Assembly: GCF_001194135.2 (NCBI RefSeq)
Contig: NC_068990.1
Coordinates: 80,330,791 to 80,394,790 of the forward strand
Reading direction: 5' to 3'
DNA: 64,000 bases
From: Octopus bimaculoides
Lineage: Eukaryota
Shown here: in pieces, positions 53,761 through 64,000 of the stretch
How the letters are laid out: the number at the start of each line of letters is the position of its first letter
Position numbering within the stretch: the stretch's first letter is position 1
Notes under the pieces: model-generated
The model's database searches: none
What the model was told of the DNA's origin: nothing
The model's input: the letters and a program-made list of their open reading frames with translations, nothing else
Made by a program: the position numbers and the translations under genes

Positions 53761-53955
53761 TTCCAAGCGGCTATATAGAACATCTTATGATGTTAAATCT
53801 GTGTGTTGCAACGAGTGTGGCTAAAACACAAATACACGCACACACACATTCACACGCACACACACACTCACACGCACACACACACTCACACGCACACACA
53901 CACACTCACCCACACACACACACACACACACACACGCACTCACATCTATATATAC

Positions 53956-54116
53956 GACGGGCGTCTTTCAGTTTCCATCTTCAAATTCACTCACAAAGCT
54001 TTGATCAGCCCGAGGCTATAATAGAAGACATTTGTCCAAGGTGTCACGCAGTGGGACTGAACCCGGAACTATGTAATTCGGAAGCAAGCTTCTTACCACG
54101 CAGCCACGCTTGCGCC
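53956..54116 (-). mobile_element. 5' half of tRNA/CORE-type SINE (family B)
   Basis: Minus: GGCGCAAGCGTGGCTGCGTGG (A box), GGGTTCAGTCCC (B box) and GTGACACCTTGGACAAATGTCTTCTATTATAGCCTCGGG (CORE-like), running into a (TG)n array. Confidence 0.88.
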
Positions 54117-55001
54117 TGTGTTGATAAATTATAACAAACGTAGACAACCCAAGTTGTTCAAACAACCATAATATATTAAAACTGACTTCAGAATCGAGAC
54201 AATCATGAATTTATATTTGAAAGCCGAAAATGTAGCCTTGAATAAGAACGTCACATATGTTCGCAAGATGAGGTGCTTTGATTCTGCCTTTTTTTTTTTT
54301 GATACAACTGGAACTATATGTCATACTGTCACTTTAGCTACGAGGATTTGGCATTCATAGTTTAAACGTAGACTGACCTGTTAACACGAGCCTGACATAC
54401 TAACGTGAGGTAACTGTAGGGACTTGTACATCTTCATCAACTTACATGTTTTCTGTTATCAAAAAAAAAAAAAATTCACCTTATTATTATATACTTGGGC
54501 ATGATGGAAACGACATTACAAAATTTATCACTCCTAAGTACATATATAAAAACCGAAAAGGATACTTCTATACACATTCGTGCACACATATACACATATC
54601 TTCTACATATATAGACAGAGACACACTAATGCATTCATATATTGCACATTGAAGCTGTAATATTTAATTAAAATTTCGAAGGTTCAATGGATTATCTGAA
54701 CAAAGAGTAGAGGTAACCCATAATCGTAAAAAAAGGTATCTTTATAGAATTTGACTTTATGTATTTCAAGTCTAGAATGGATTATTTATTTTGGGGCAAC
54801 ATTTATGAGATATAAAACCATTTACATAATCTAGATTTTTCGAGGGAAAATATTTGTTCTTTTTTTTTCACTCTTTATTTCCTATTTAATTCCTGTGTTC
54901 GTGGTTTCTGTTCCATAACAGATGAAAAAATAATCAATATTTTAGAGTGAAATAATACATTCCGTATTCAGAAGAAATTTTCAAACTAACAATGCCTGAA
55001 G

Positions 55002-55079
<78 letters not shown>

Positions 55080-56354
55080 TGAGTGGTTGAGAGAGGAAGA
55101 GTGCTCTTAGTCGTACACTTTCGGCTTTTAAGTTTGAAAAGAAAATATTTGTAGTTTTCACGAAGGTTGTATATGAGAGCAAAAAAGAAAGAAAAATTCT
55201 TCATAAGATCTACAAAGAGGGAAACAGTTGTTTGGAAGTTGTGAGAAAGATTGCCACAATAAAACGTACAATAATAGTAAAAAATACTATTACAGAACGA
55301 TTGCCAGCAACACAAACACCAGAAAAAACAAAACAAGAAAACGAATTACAATTACATATAAAGCAACGATTTTTTTTTTTTTGCAACTGATAATCTTTTT
55401 CTTGCATGTTCAGAAACTTAATTCTATTGTTTCTAGAAGTGTTTCGAAAGTTTTGCATAAAAATAATTACGCAAGTTTTACAACTTCATTTTACATTTTC
55501 GTGAAATTTTGTAAGCAATTTCAGTTGTATATTGTTTGACGTTTATTTTTTAATAACTCTTGTTTTATATTCCGATAGAAAGATAACGATGCAAGGCCAG
55601 TCAAAAAGAAAGCTTCACAAAAGGAAATATCGGCCACATTTCAACGGAATCATTCTTAAACTTCTAAAACTGTCAAATTCGAGAAAGCATTTGAAATTCT
55701 TTTTACATGAAAATAAGGGTATATGTTAGAAAATAATACTAGAGAAATAACAAGGAAATAAAAACAGCATAGAAAATAAAAGAGTAAGAAACTTTAGTCT
55801 CGATTGAAAAGAACATTTTTTTTTTTATTTTGCCTACGTTCCATTTTAAAGTAGTAGCTAATTTATCGATTTTGCCTGGATAAAAGATCGATAGTATTTG
55901 GCTTTAGTGTGACATCAGGATTACTTGAGTAAAAAAATATTGTTTTTCTCTTATTTTATTTCATGTAATTACATGAACCAGAGCTGAACGAAGTAAGCAT
56001 AAAGCCTGATTTAACTTTAATTTACTGTGATCTGCCTTGAACAGCTTATCTAGACCGTATGTGTTTTTCGTGTTTTTTCTTATTTTGGAATACTTTTTTT
56101 GTGTTCAAGCGACATATACCAATACCATGATACACACATACGTTCATACATACAGACACAAACACATACACATACATATACAAGTAAGTACACATAAACA
56201 TACACACCAATACATATATACATATACACATACTAATATATGTAAACATATATAAGAATTGGTACATACGGTGTATGTCCGTGTGTCTGTGTGCGCGCGC
56301 GTATGAGTATATTTCATCTCGATTTTGTTTTTATTTCTCCAAAATCTTCCAAAT

Positions 56355-56915
56355 TTCTTCTTCTTCTTCTTCTTCTTCTTCTTCTTCTTCTTCTTCTTCT
56401 TCTTCTTCTTCTCCTCCTCCTTCTTCTTCTTTTTCTCCTCCTCCTCCTCCTCCTCCTCCTCCTCCTCCTTCTTCTTCTTTTTCTCCTTCTCCTTCNNNNN
56501 NNNNNNNNNNNNNNNNNNNNNNNNNNNNNNNNNNNNNNNNNNNNNNNNNNNNNNNNNNNNNNNNNNNNNNNNNNNNNNNNNNNNNNNNNNNNNNNNNNNN
56601 NNNNNNNNNNNNNNNNNNNNNNNNNNNNNNNNNNNNNNNNNNNNNNNNNNNNNNNNNNNNNNNNNNNNNNNNNNNNNNNNNNNNNNNNNNNNNNNNNNNN
56701 NNNNNNNNNNNNNNNNNNNNNNNNNNNNNNNNNNNNNNNNNNNNNNNNNNNNNNNNNNNNNNNNNNNNNNNNNNNNNNNNNNNNNNNNNNNNNNNNNNNN
56801 NNNNNNNNNNNNNNNNNNNNNNNNNNNNNNNNNNNNNTCTTCTTCTTCTTCTTCTTCTTCTTCTTCTTCTTCTTCTTCTTCTTCTTCTTCTTCTTCTTCT
56901 TCTTCTTCTTCTTCT
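56355..56915. repeat. (TTC)/(CCT) microsatellite spanning an assembly gap
   Basis: Directly visible on both sides of the gap at 56496-56837. Confidence 0.95.
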
Positions 56916-57164
56916 ACATCAGTTCCTCCCGTTCTCTCCTCGCTTTCACCTTTTCATTCTTTTCCCCATCTACTGCTGCTCCTATAATTTAAATCTAATC
57001 TCATACTAGTTCTACTTTCTCCCGCCTCCTATATCTTTTTCTCATCTGCCGCCTCGTCTTCTCCTTCCAATCGTTCTTTCGTCAGTCACCCATGTAACTA
57101 AATGTAATCAAATCTATTGTTATATTTCCACAACAACAAATAACTCCTCCCACATTATACATAG

Positions 57165-57281
57165 GACAACCATCCTTAAGAAGGACCCATGCATATAAAC
57201 GATATATCCAGCTCGATAGTTTTCCCTCCGACAAGGGCAACACCCGGCGTTACTTCGAAGTCGCAGACGTCAATTTTCTCT
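57165..57281 (+). CDS. Candidate exon (phase 1 to 1), QPSLRRTHAYKRYIQLDSFPSDKGNTRRYFEVADVNFL
   Basis: GC-elevated island with acceptor ctcccacattatacatag| and donor T|gtaaaa (weak). The phase is compatible with the exon at 58511. Confidence 0.3.
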
Positions 57282-57437
57282 GTAAAACTAAATATGATTT
57301 ATTACGGTTATGTACTCTATGATTGTTCAGTTCAAGTTTGGTTGTTTTTATCCGTTTATGAATGGGGAAGGTGTGTATGCAGTTTTTCGTATGTGGGTCC
57401 ATATGTCTAGAGGTGTGCAAGTATGGCACTGTAGTCG

Positions 57438-57499
<62 letters not shown>

Positions 57500-58510
57500 G
57501 GGAGAGAAAAGAGAGACCAAGAGAAAGAGAGAGGGATATTGTTTAGAAGTAGACCAAAGATGTTAATAATTGTGGGAGCTTAAAATTATTAATACGGTTA
57601 ATATACAAGATCAGTACAGATCAAGAACGGATGGGGTTCACAAAACCGGGAAGAACAAACATAATCAGAAGAACACAGCTACAAGCTGCGAGAGGAACAG
57701 TGAAAATATGCAAAACATTCATGAAGCCCAACTTGTATTAAGATCAACATATTCAGTGCGTTCTATACCTGTGCCCATGTCTACACACATAAATACATAC
57801 GTACATACATACATACATACATACATAATATTTATATATACGCACACACACGTGTGTATGCATGTATGTATGTGTACAATGAATGCAGGTATGGAGAACA
57901 TTCGATATGTTGATCTTACTACAAGGAAGAGTATATTATATATAATTTATATTTATTGTCGACAATGAATATATATTAAGTCAAGACAGACAGATTATAA
58001 TCATATAAATTATTTTACCTCTTCGTCAAAAAATTTAGTACATGCTACTATTGAATGTAAAGGATGTAACGAGCCGCACACTTGGAAATAGAGTTACCAT
58101 TCGTAGATAACAAACATGAAATATCAGTATGAGACGAATACCGTTTAGTAAACGCATAGACATATGTACAAAAAATATGACTCTAAAGTTCCAAGTCTTT
58201 CCAATTTACCTTTGTTCAGTCAATACCACAAACCAAGCACTGATAGACATAGACTGTATATTCATAGGAAAATACAAACCAAGACAATAAACTTCAATAA
58301 ACTATATTCACGAACAACTGTTCACACACATTCTACAGTTTGACATGTTGAATTTATACAGCTGACAATCTAAACTTTTAGCCACGATTATGACTGCTAA
58401 TTGGCAGATTATACATGTACATATGTGTTGAATGGTTAGCAAAATAGACATTTAATATCGAAATTTTATGCCTGCATACATAGCCACAGACTTTTTTTTT
58501 TCATTTTCAG

Positions 58511-58646
58511 GTGAAGCCGTGGCACTGTGGACGATAGAGCATCTCGAGTTTGCCTACGACAGTGACGCGTCAGACAGGCTTTCATACGGAGTCCCAATCG
58601 CTGTGCCTGGAGGGATTCCACTAAACTTGACGTCGGTAATCGATCG
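58511..58646 (+). CDS. Probable internal coding exon of an unidentified gene (phase 1 to 2), GEAVALWTIEHLEFAYDSDASDRLSYGVPIAVPGGIPLNLTSVIDR
   Basis: Strong acceptor ctttttttttttcattttcag|, donor CG|gtaagg, a single open frame, and GC content above background. Confidence 0.65.
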
Positions 58647-58659
58647 GTAAGGCTTATTT

Positions 58660-58950
58660 TGTATGAAGACCTGCATTCCCACCCGTACACATTGGTCACT
58701 AGACAACAGTTAAAACCATAGGACTATGCAGAGAGCAATACTGGAGAGAGTGGAGGCCAGCTTCCAAGAACGCCTTCAGAAATGCCTCAGTGAAAACGGA
58801 CACCACATGATGGATGTTGTTTTCCACACTTGGATTTGACAAATGCTAATTCAATACAAACACATTGATGTCAATAAAAGGTGTTTGCAGCTAAAATTAA
58901 TGATGCTGGGGAATTTTCGAAAACATCGGTCTTCTTTGCCCCACACTCTA
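58660..58950 (+). mobile_element. 3' fragment of a Tc1/mariner-superfamily transposon
   Basis: AILERVEASFQERLQKCLSENGHHMMDVVFHT* is a typical transposase C-terminus. It is followed by a TIR-like end ...CTTTGCCCCACACTCTA. Confidence 0.7.
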
Positions 58951-59809
58951 TTCAACTATTAGGTTACATAGAAACAACTCCTGTTCACTCTACCATTCGA
59001 CAGGTCAAATTTAGGGAATTTTAATCTAGACTACCTTTAAACATGTTCATTTAACCGTGCGGGCCTTGATTTTCGGTGCGAAAATATAGTCACATATTAA
59101 CGATTGGACGTAGCGGGGAACCTAAAAAAATGTCTAAGTTTATTCCTGATCACTAAGTTTATTACTAATGTTCGTCTATTACATTTGACAGAAAAAAATT
59201 CAGACAGCCTTGATTGTTATGGATTATCAGTAGATATGTTCACTCAACCGTGACAGTTTTAACTTACGACACTTCTCAGCACCCTCACAACACGCCGTCA
59301 TCCACACACACACACACACGCACACATTCTTCAGTAGCGTCACCACACTTACCAGTACATGAACAGCCACACACACTGTTTAACTCAGTACACACACCAC
59401 ACACCGTCATGCACACTCGAACACCCACTCAAGCCCATAATACCTGAACACAGTGTATACACATACACACATACACACATACACACACACAACTCGCATA
59501 AACACATGCAACATACATAGAGAAAGATAACTTTCACCTTCAGGCACACTATTTGGTCACAGTGATACGCACACACATGCGCACACACCACGTGAGAATG
59601 CACATGTTATCTGCTACACACAACACACACACGTTACCCACGCACACACACACATGTTAAACTTACATCAACCCCATTCACACATACATAGTTACACACT
59701 CACACACATCATTCTGACATATACACACACATGCCTGCACACCTCTTGTTAAGACCACTATGAATTATCTCTCCTTCATTCAGCCTCTCTTTTTTATTAT
59801 CTCCCTTTC

Positions 59810-60035
59810 ATTCAACCTCTTTTTATCCATTCATTCGCCATATTGGACCACTGAATTCAACATGTTCTATTTCATTCTCTCTCTATTTATTTCCTTTTAT
59901 TCTTTTCTGACGAAGAGCGTTGGCTCGAATCGTAAAATACTTTTCCATTTTTCCCGAGCGTGAAAATTGTACACATCCTTGCTGTTCCTACACCTGTCTT
60001 CGTCTTTGTTTTTCTATAAAATTGAACTATAAAAA
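59810..60035 (+). mobile_element. Penelope-like element 3' end (pseudo-LTR) remnant
   Basis: Contains a minimal hammerhead motif and a T-rich tail running into (TA)n, an arrangement typical of PLE pLTRs. Boundaries are approximate. Confidence 0.6.
59903..59937 (+). ncRNA. Minimal type I hammerhead ribozyme motif with one core substitution
   Basis: UUUU-CUGACGA-A-GAGC(GUUG)GCUC-GAAU-CG-UA-AAA: stem I U/A pairs, CUGANGA box, 4-bp stem II with tetraloop, GAAA changed to GAAU, and a GUA cleavage triplet at 59932-59934. Confidence 0.75.
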
Positions 60036-60038
60036 TTG

Positions 60039-60077
<39 letters not shown>

Positions 60078-60737
60078 CACACACACTTATATATATGTGT
60101 GTGTGTGCCTGTCTGCACACATGTACATACGTATGTGTTTATATATATATGTACACTCCTTCCCTCTTATACAAACGCACGCTCATACTCGCTCAAATAC
60201 ACACACTCACACACACAGAGACTCACACACACATGCACATACACACACACACACACGTACTCATCTACTCCACACAGCAACCCACTCCAATATAATTATG
60301 TATTAAGATAGTTCACTCAATCGGAGATTGCATGTTGCACACTATTACTGTATTGCTTCCGATATATTTATATATGTTTGCGCCCTAATGAAGCAGGATT
60401 AGGTGTTGTTAGTGAAGCAGAACATTTGTAATATTGCTCGGATTATTGATTAGTTTTGTCTAACAGGCATGTGTCGTAAAGCTCACTCTGTAAACGGTTA
60501 AAGCCTGTTCAAGTTATGTAAAGCTGTGTCAGATCGTGTAGTTCCTCTGAGTTGTGGACATTCGTATTGGGAAAATATATTGAACAGCAGGCCAATGTAA
60601 GATCATTGTAGATGATTCAATTAATTTCTTTCAGGTTTATCACATTCAATTTGTGTATTTATGCATGTATTTCCACCCAATATTTCTTTCTGCTACCTAC
60701 TATTCTACTTCCTTCCACCAGTCTACCTATCTCTCTG

Positions 60738-60816
<79 letters not shown>

Positions 60817-60852
60817 GTTTGTCTGTCTATCTGTCTATCTGTCTACCTACCA

Positions 60853-60916
<64 letters not shown>

Positions 60917-61072
60917 GTTTGTCTGTCTATCTGTCTGTCTGTGTTTCTGTCTGTCCGTCCGTCTGCCCGTCCGTCTATCTGTCTGTCTATATGTCCGTCT
61001 GTCCGTCTATCTGCCTGTGTGTTTGTGTTTCTGTCTGTCTGTCTATGTATGTATGTATGTATGTATGTATGT

Positions 61073-61130
<58 letters not shown>

Positions 61131-61140
61131 NNNNNNNNNN

Positions 61141-61213
<73 letters not shown>

Positions 61214-61519
61214 TATTTGTCTGTGCATGTCTATCTTATTAATTAATTAATTAATTCTCTTCCGTCTATTTTCTTCGGATATGATTAATATACTTTCACC
61301 CTTTTGCCTCTTCCCTGTTTTTGTTCCTAAATACTGGAATCTCTCTCTCTCTTTTTCTCTCTCTCTCTCTCAGCCATTCTATCTCACACCAAAGAAATAC
61401 AATTTCTGCCCTCGGCCATTCTATGTTACTCATTTCTAACATCATAAACTGAGGGTGACATTTACAACAACCACCTCCAAAATGTTTACTTTTGTTTCCT
61501 TCTTGAATGTCTTTACTAT

Positions 61520-62200
61520 AGCTTTCGAAAGGACAGTTCTGCTGGAGACCTACTCTCCCATGAAACGGATCACTGGGATCTCACTTCCGTGATATTTTGT
61601 GAAAGCCGTTCTTTTGCTACGAACATCAGTAAAATTTAAGCTATACCTTGCATGTAAATCTCTTGATAAAGCTCTCCGTCTTTTGTTTCTAGGACCAGTG
61701 ACTTCATATCAAATTTCATAAGCGGGGTGTGGGTGACCCACATTCTATCACCACAAGTATACCGTAAATTTAGTGCTTGTCCCTTTCTGTCTTCTCCATA
61801 CACTTCCTAATACCTACTTGCCATAGTCTCCATTACACCTCCTATCGGACATATGTGGTCCTGTGGGATTTCCACTTACGGATTCTTGAAGTACTCGTGA
61901 CTACTCCTCTTCTTACAAATATTGTCGTCTCTACTCATTACAGAAAATCCTGTACATGTTCTTTTTCTGTAGCGACCGCCTGGCAAACGATTCAGGAGGA
62001 ACGTCAGTGACACGAAACTCACTGGTCTGAGAGATTGTCTCCAGCTCACATCTTATTGGAACTCAATGATAGCAGCAACGAAAGATCGACAGATTAAACC
62101 GTGGGATCTGCTTGCATGACATGATTCAATGGTATACTAAGATGCAGAGCGAGAAAACTGCTTTCACAAAACAAAATTACTCGTGAGTGAGAGCCCAGTC
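61520..62200 (+). mobile_element. Decayed R4/Dong-like RLE LINE fragment
   Basis: SAGDLLSHET resembles the WLxxGDLxxETEG motif. VVLWDFH...NIVV...KSCTC.FSVA.AW..IQEE resembles the LWDF..PDIV..D.A.PW RLE motif. Confidence 0.6.
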
Positions 62201-64000
62201 GGGAGCATAAAATCTCAGGTAGATTCCAGGTTGGAAAATGAATATGTAATTCCCTTACCTGCTTCATTTTAATTCAGTTTTGCTATCGCTGTTTCCGTTT
62301 CCATTCACATTTAAACACATACATTTAATCGGTCAGTTGCTTGATTTAACCATTCATTTGCTCTCTACCCGACTAATTCAGGCTCACACACCTGTAAACA
62401 CATAAATGCAAACATACACGCACAGAGACATGCATACACACACAAACAGACACGCACACACATTCAGTTATTCCCGTGCATATCTATACATGCGCATTCT
62501 CTCTTGTTCCCTTTCTCTCATCAGTCCACATCATGTTTTATCATTGTTTCCACTAAACTACCATGAATAGATATTTATTGAAAATTACATTGATCCTGCT
62601 AGTCAGGGTTATTGTCAAGACTGTGTTACCAAGGGAAGTCATATCGACGTGTCTACATTGTAAACACCCGTTATATCAATATACTCTGCACTTGCTAACC
62701 TGCTAGCAGAATCATAGGCCCTAACCCCCAGTGGGAGGTCCCAGTTGATATATCCCACACGAGGATATTTATTCTTGCATCAAGGACAATGAACATTTAA
62801 AATAATGTTGTCGACAATCCTGTCCATAGTTGAGTAAATATTAGTTCAGATTGTCTTACGTTGATGTGATAGCTGCTCTCTACAAGCCAATGTTGACTCA
62901 ATGTATTATGCGTTCATTCCTTCACAATATCAGAGTTTAATTGCTAGAACATGCATTGGAAATATTGATTTGATTCATTGATAAAATACCACAAAAAGCT
63001 TAGGAGAGGAGGGTGTCGTATTATACTGGACTAACCCCAGTGTATTACTGCAAGTCTTGTTATCTAACATAAAGGGATACTTTAAGTAATTTCGATGGTG
63101 AGAATTGAACTCGAAACATAGTGGGCTAATTAAATAAAGCAAAGCATTAGTCTACTATTCTATCATTTCTTTTGTTCCAAAATGTAACATAACATAATGA
63201 TTGCTATGATTATATACGTAGTTTGGAGTTTGTAGGGAAGGGGGAACTAGAGTAAAATTGAAAATAGGAATCTGAAATATTCGTACGTTTCCTTACCTAA
63301 CCTATTATCAGTAATATGAGACTATGATGGATATGAGCTGATGAACCAAAATGAATACAAGGCAAATATTACATGATCATACCATTCCTGCATCCTCACT
63401 CTTCTATAAGATGATACGATAATGATTCACCAATGGAATCTTATTCAAAACCATGTAATTCTACCTCAATATGAATCTAAACTCAGTATTTAGATGCTCA
63501 TGCAGGTATTGTAAAGTATTTAATGATAGCTCTATAACGTTGTAAAAGTTCGTTGTAACACTTCGTACTACAACATTAGGGATTTCTCTAGAGAGAACTG
63601 AAACGCAAATTTGACGTTAAGACTATGCAACAATTAAAATTATGCAAAATATCAAGTCATTTTCACAGCTCTTTGTCATCATATGTAATGTGAAGGGAAT
63701 ATAATATTAAATGTTATATATACATTTTCATACATATTTCCTTTTCAATGTAGGGGGAGCATTCTGACGTACAAGGAGAAAAGAAGGCATTACATAGCGT
63801 CAGTTTGTTTCTGTGCCTTTATGTGAGTCTGTATTTGTGTGAGCACGCGTGTTTGTGTGCATATCTCATGAAACTGAGACATTATCGCATTCCAAAGTCA
63901 TTAATATAAAATATTCGATATCATGATGACCAAATATTTACAGCAAAGCAATGGGGAACAGAATTGCTATATGCGGTTCTATTAGCTTTTCATGTAGATG

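Noticed and set aside
61523-62120. Apparent downstream exons (acceptors at ~61522 and ~61965) continuing the 58511 exon
   Set aside because: The sequence is better explained as a decayed RLE LINE (GDL..ET and LWDF motifs).

Overview
AT-rich eukaryotic scaffold with ten N-gaps and very dense microsatellites. It is probably octopus/cephalopod intronic or intergenic DNA (inferred from the SINE families and repeat style). Most recognisable sequence is decayed mobile DNA: a FLYWCH/MULE end, an internally deleted DD34D mariner, an internally deleted DD37D maT element, five R4/Dong-like RLE-LINE relics, a CR1/L2-group RT fragment, Penelope-like (PLE) relics and at least three tRNA-derived SINE families. 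No complete protein-coding gene, rRNA, tRNA gene or CRISPR array is supported, and nearly all listed ORFs are microsatellite or gap artefacts. One well-signalled + strand coding exon candidate (58511-58646) and several weaker ones suggest the window lies inside a large-intron gene I cannot name. The most notable structures are a minimal hammerhead ribozyme motif in a PLE 3' end (59903-59937, one core substitution), two unexplained inverted repeats (6135-6210, 17531-17691), a dimeric SINE and a microsatellite born inside a retrotransposon codon run. I found no convincing new multi-gene system.
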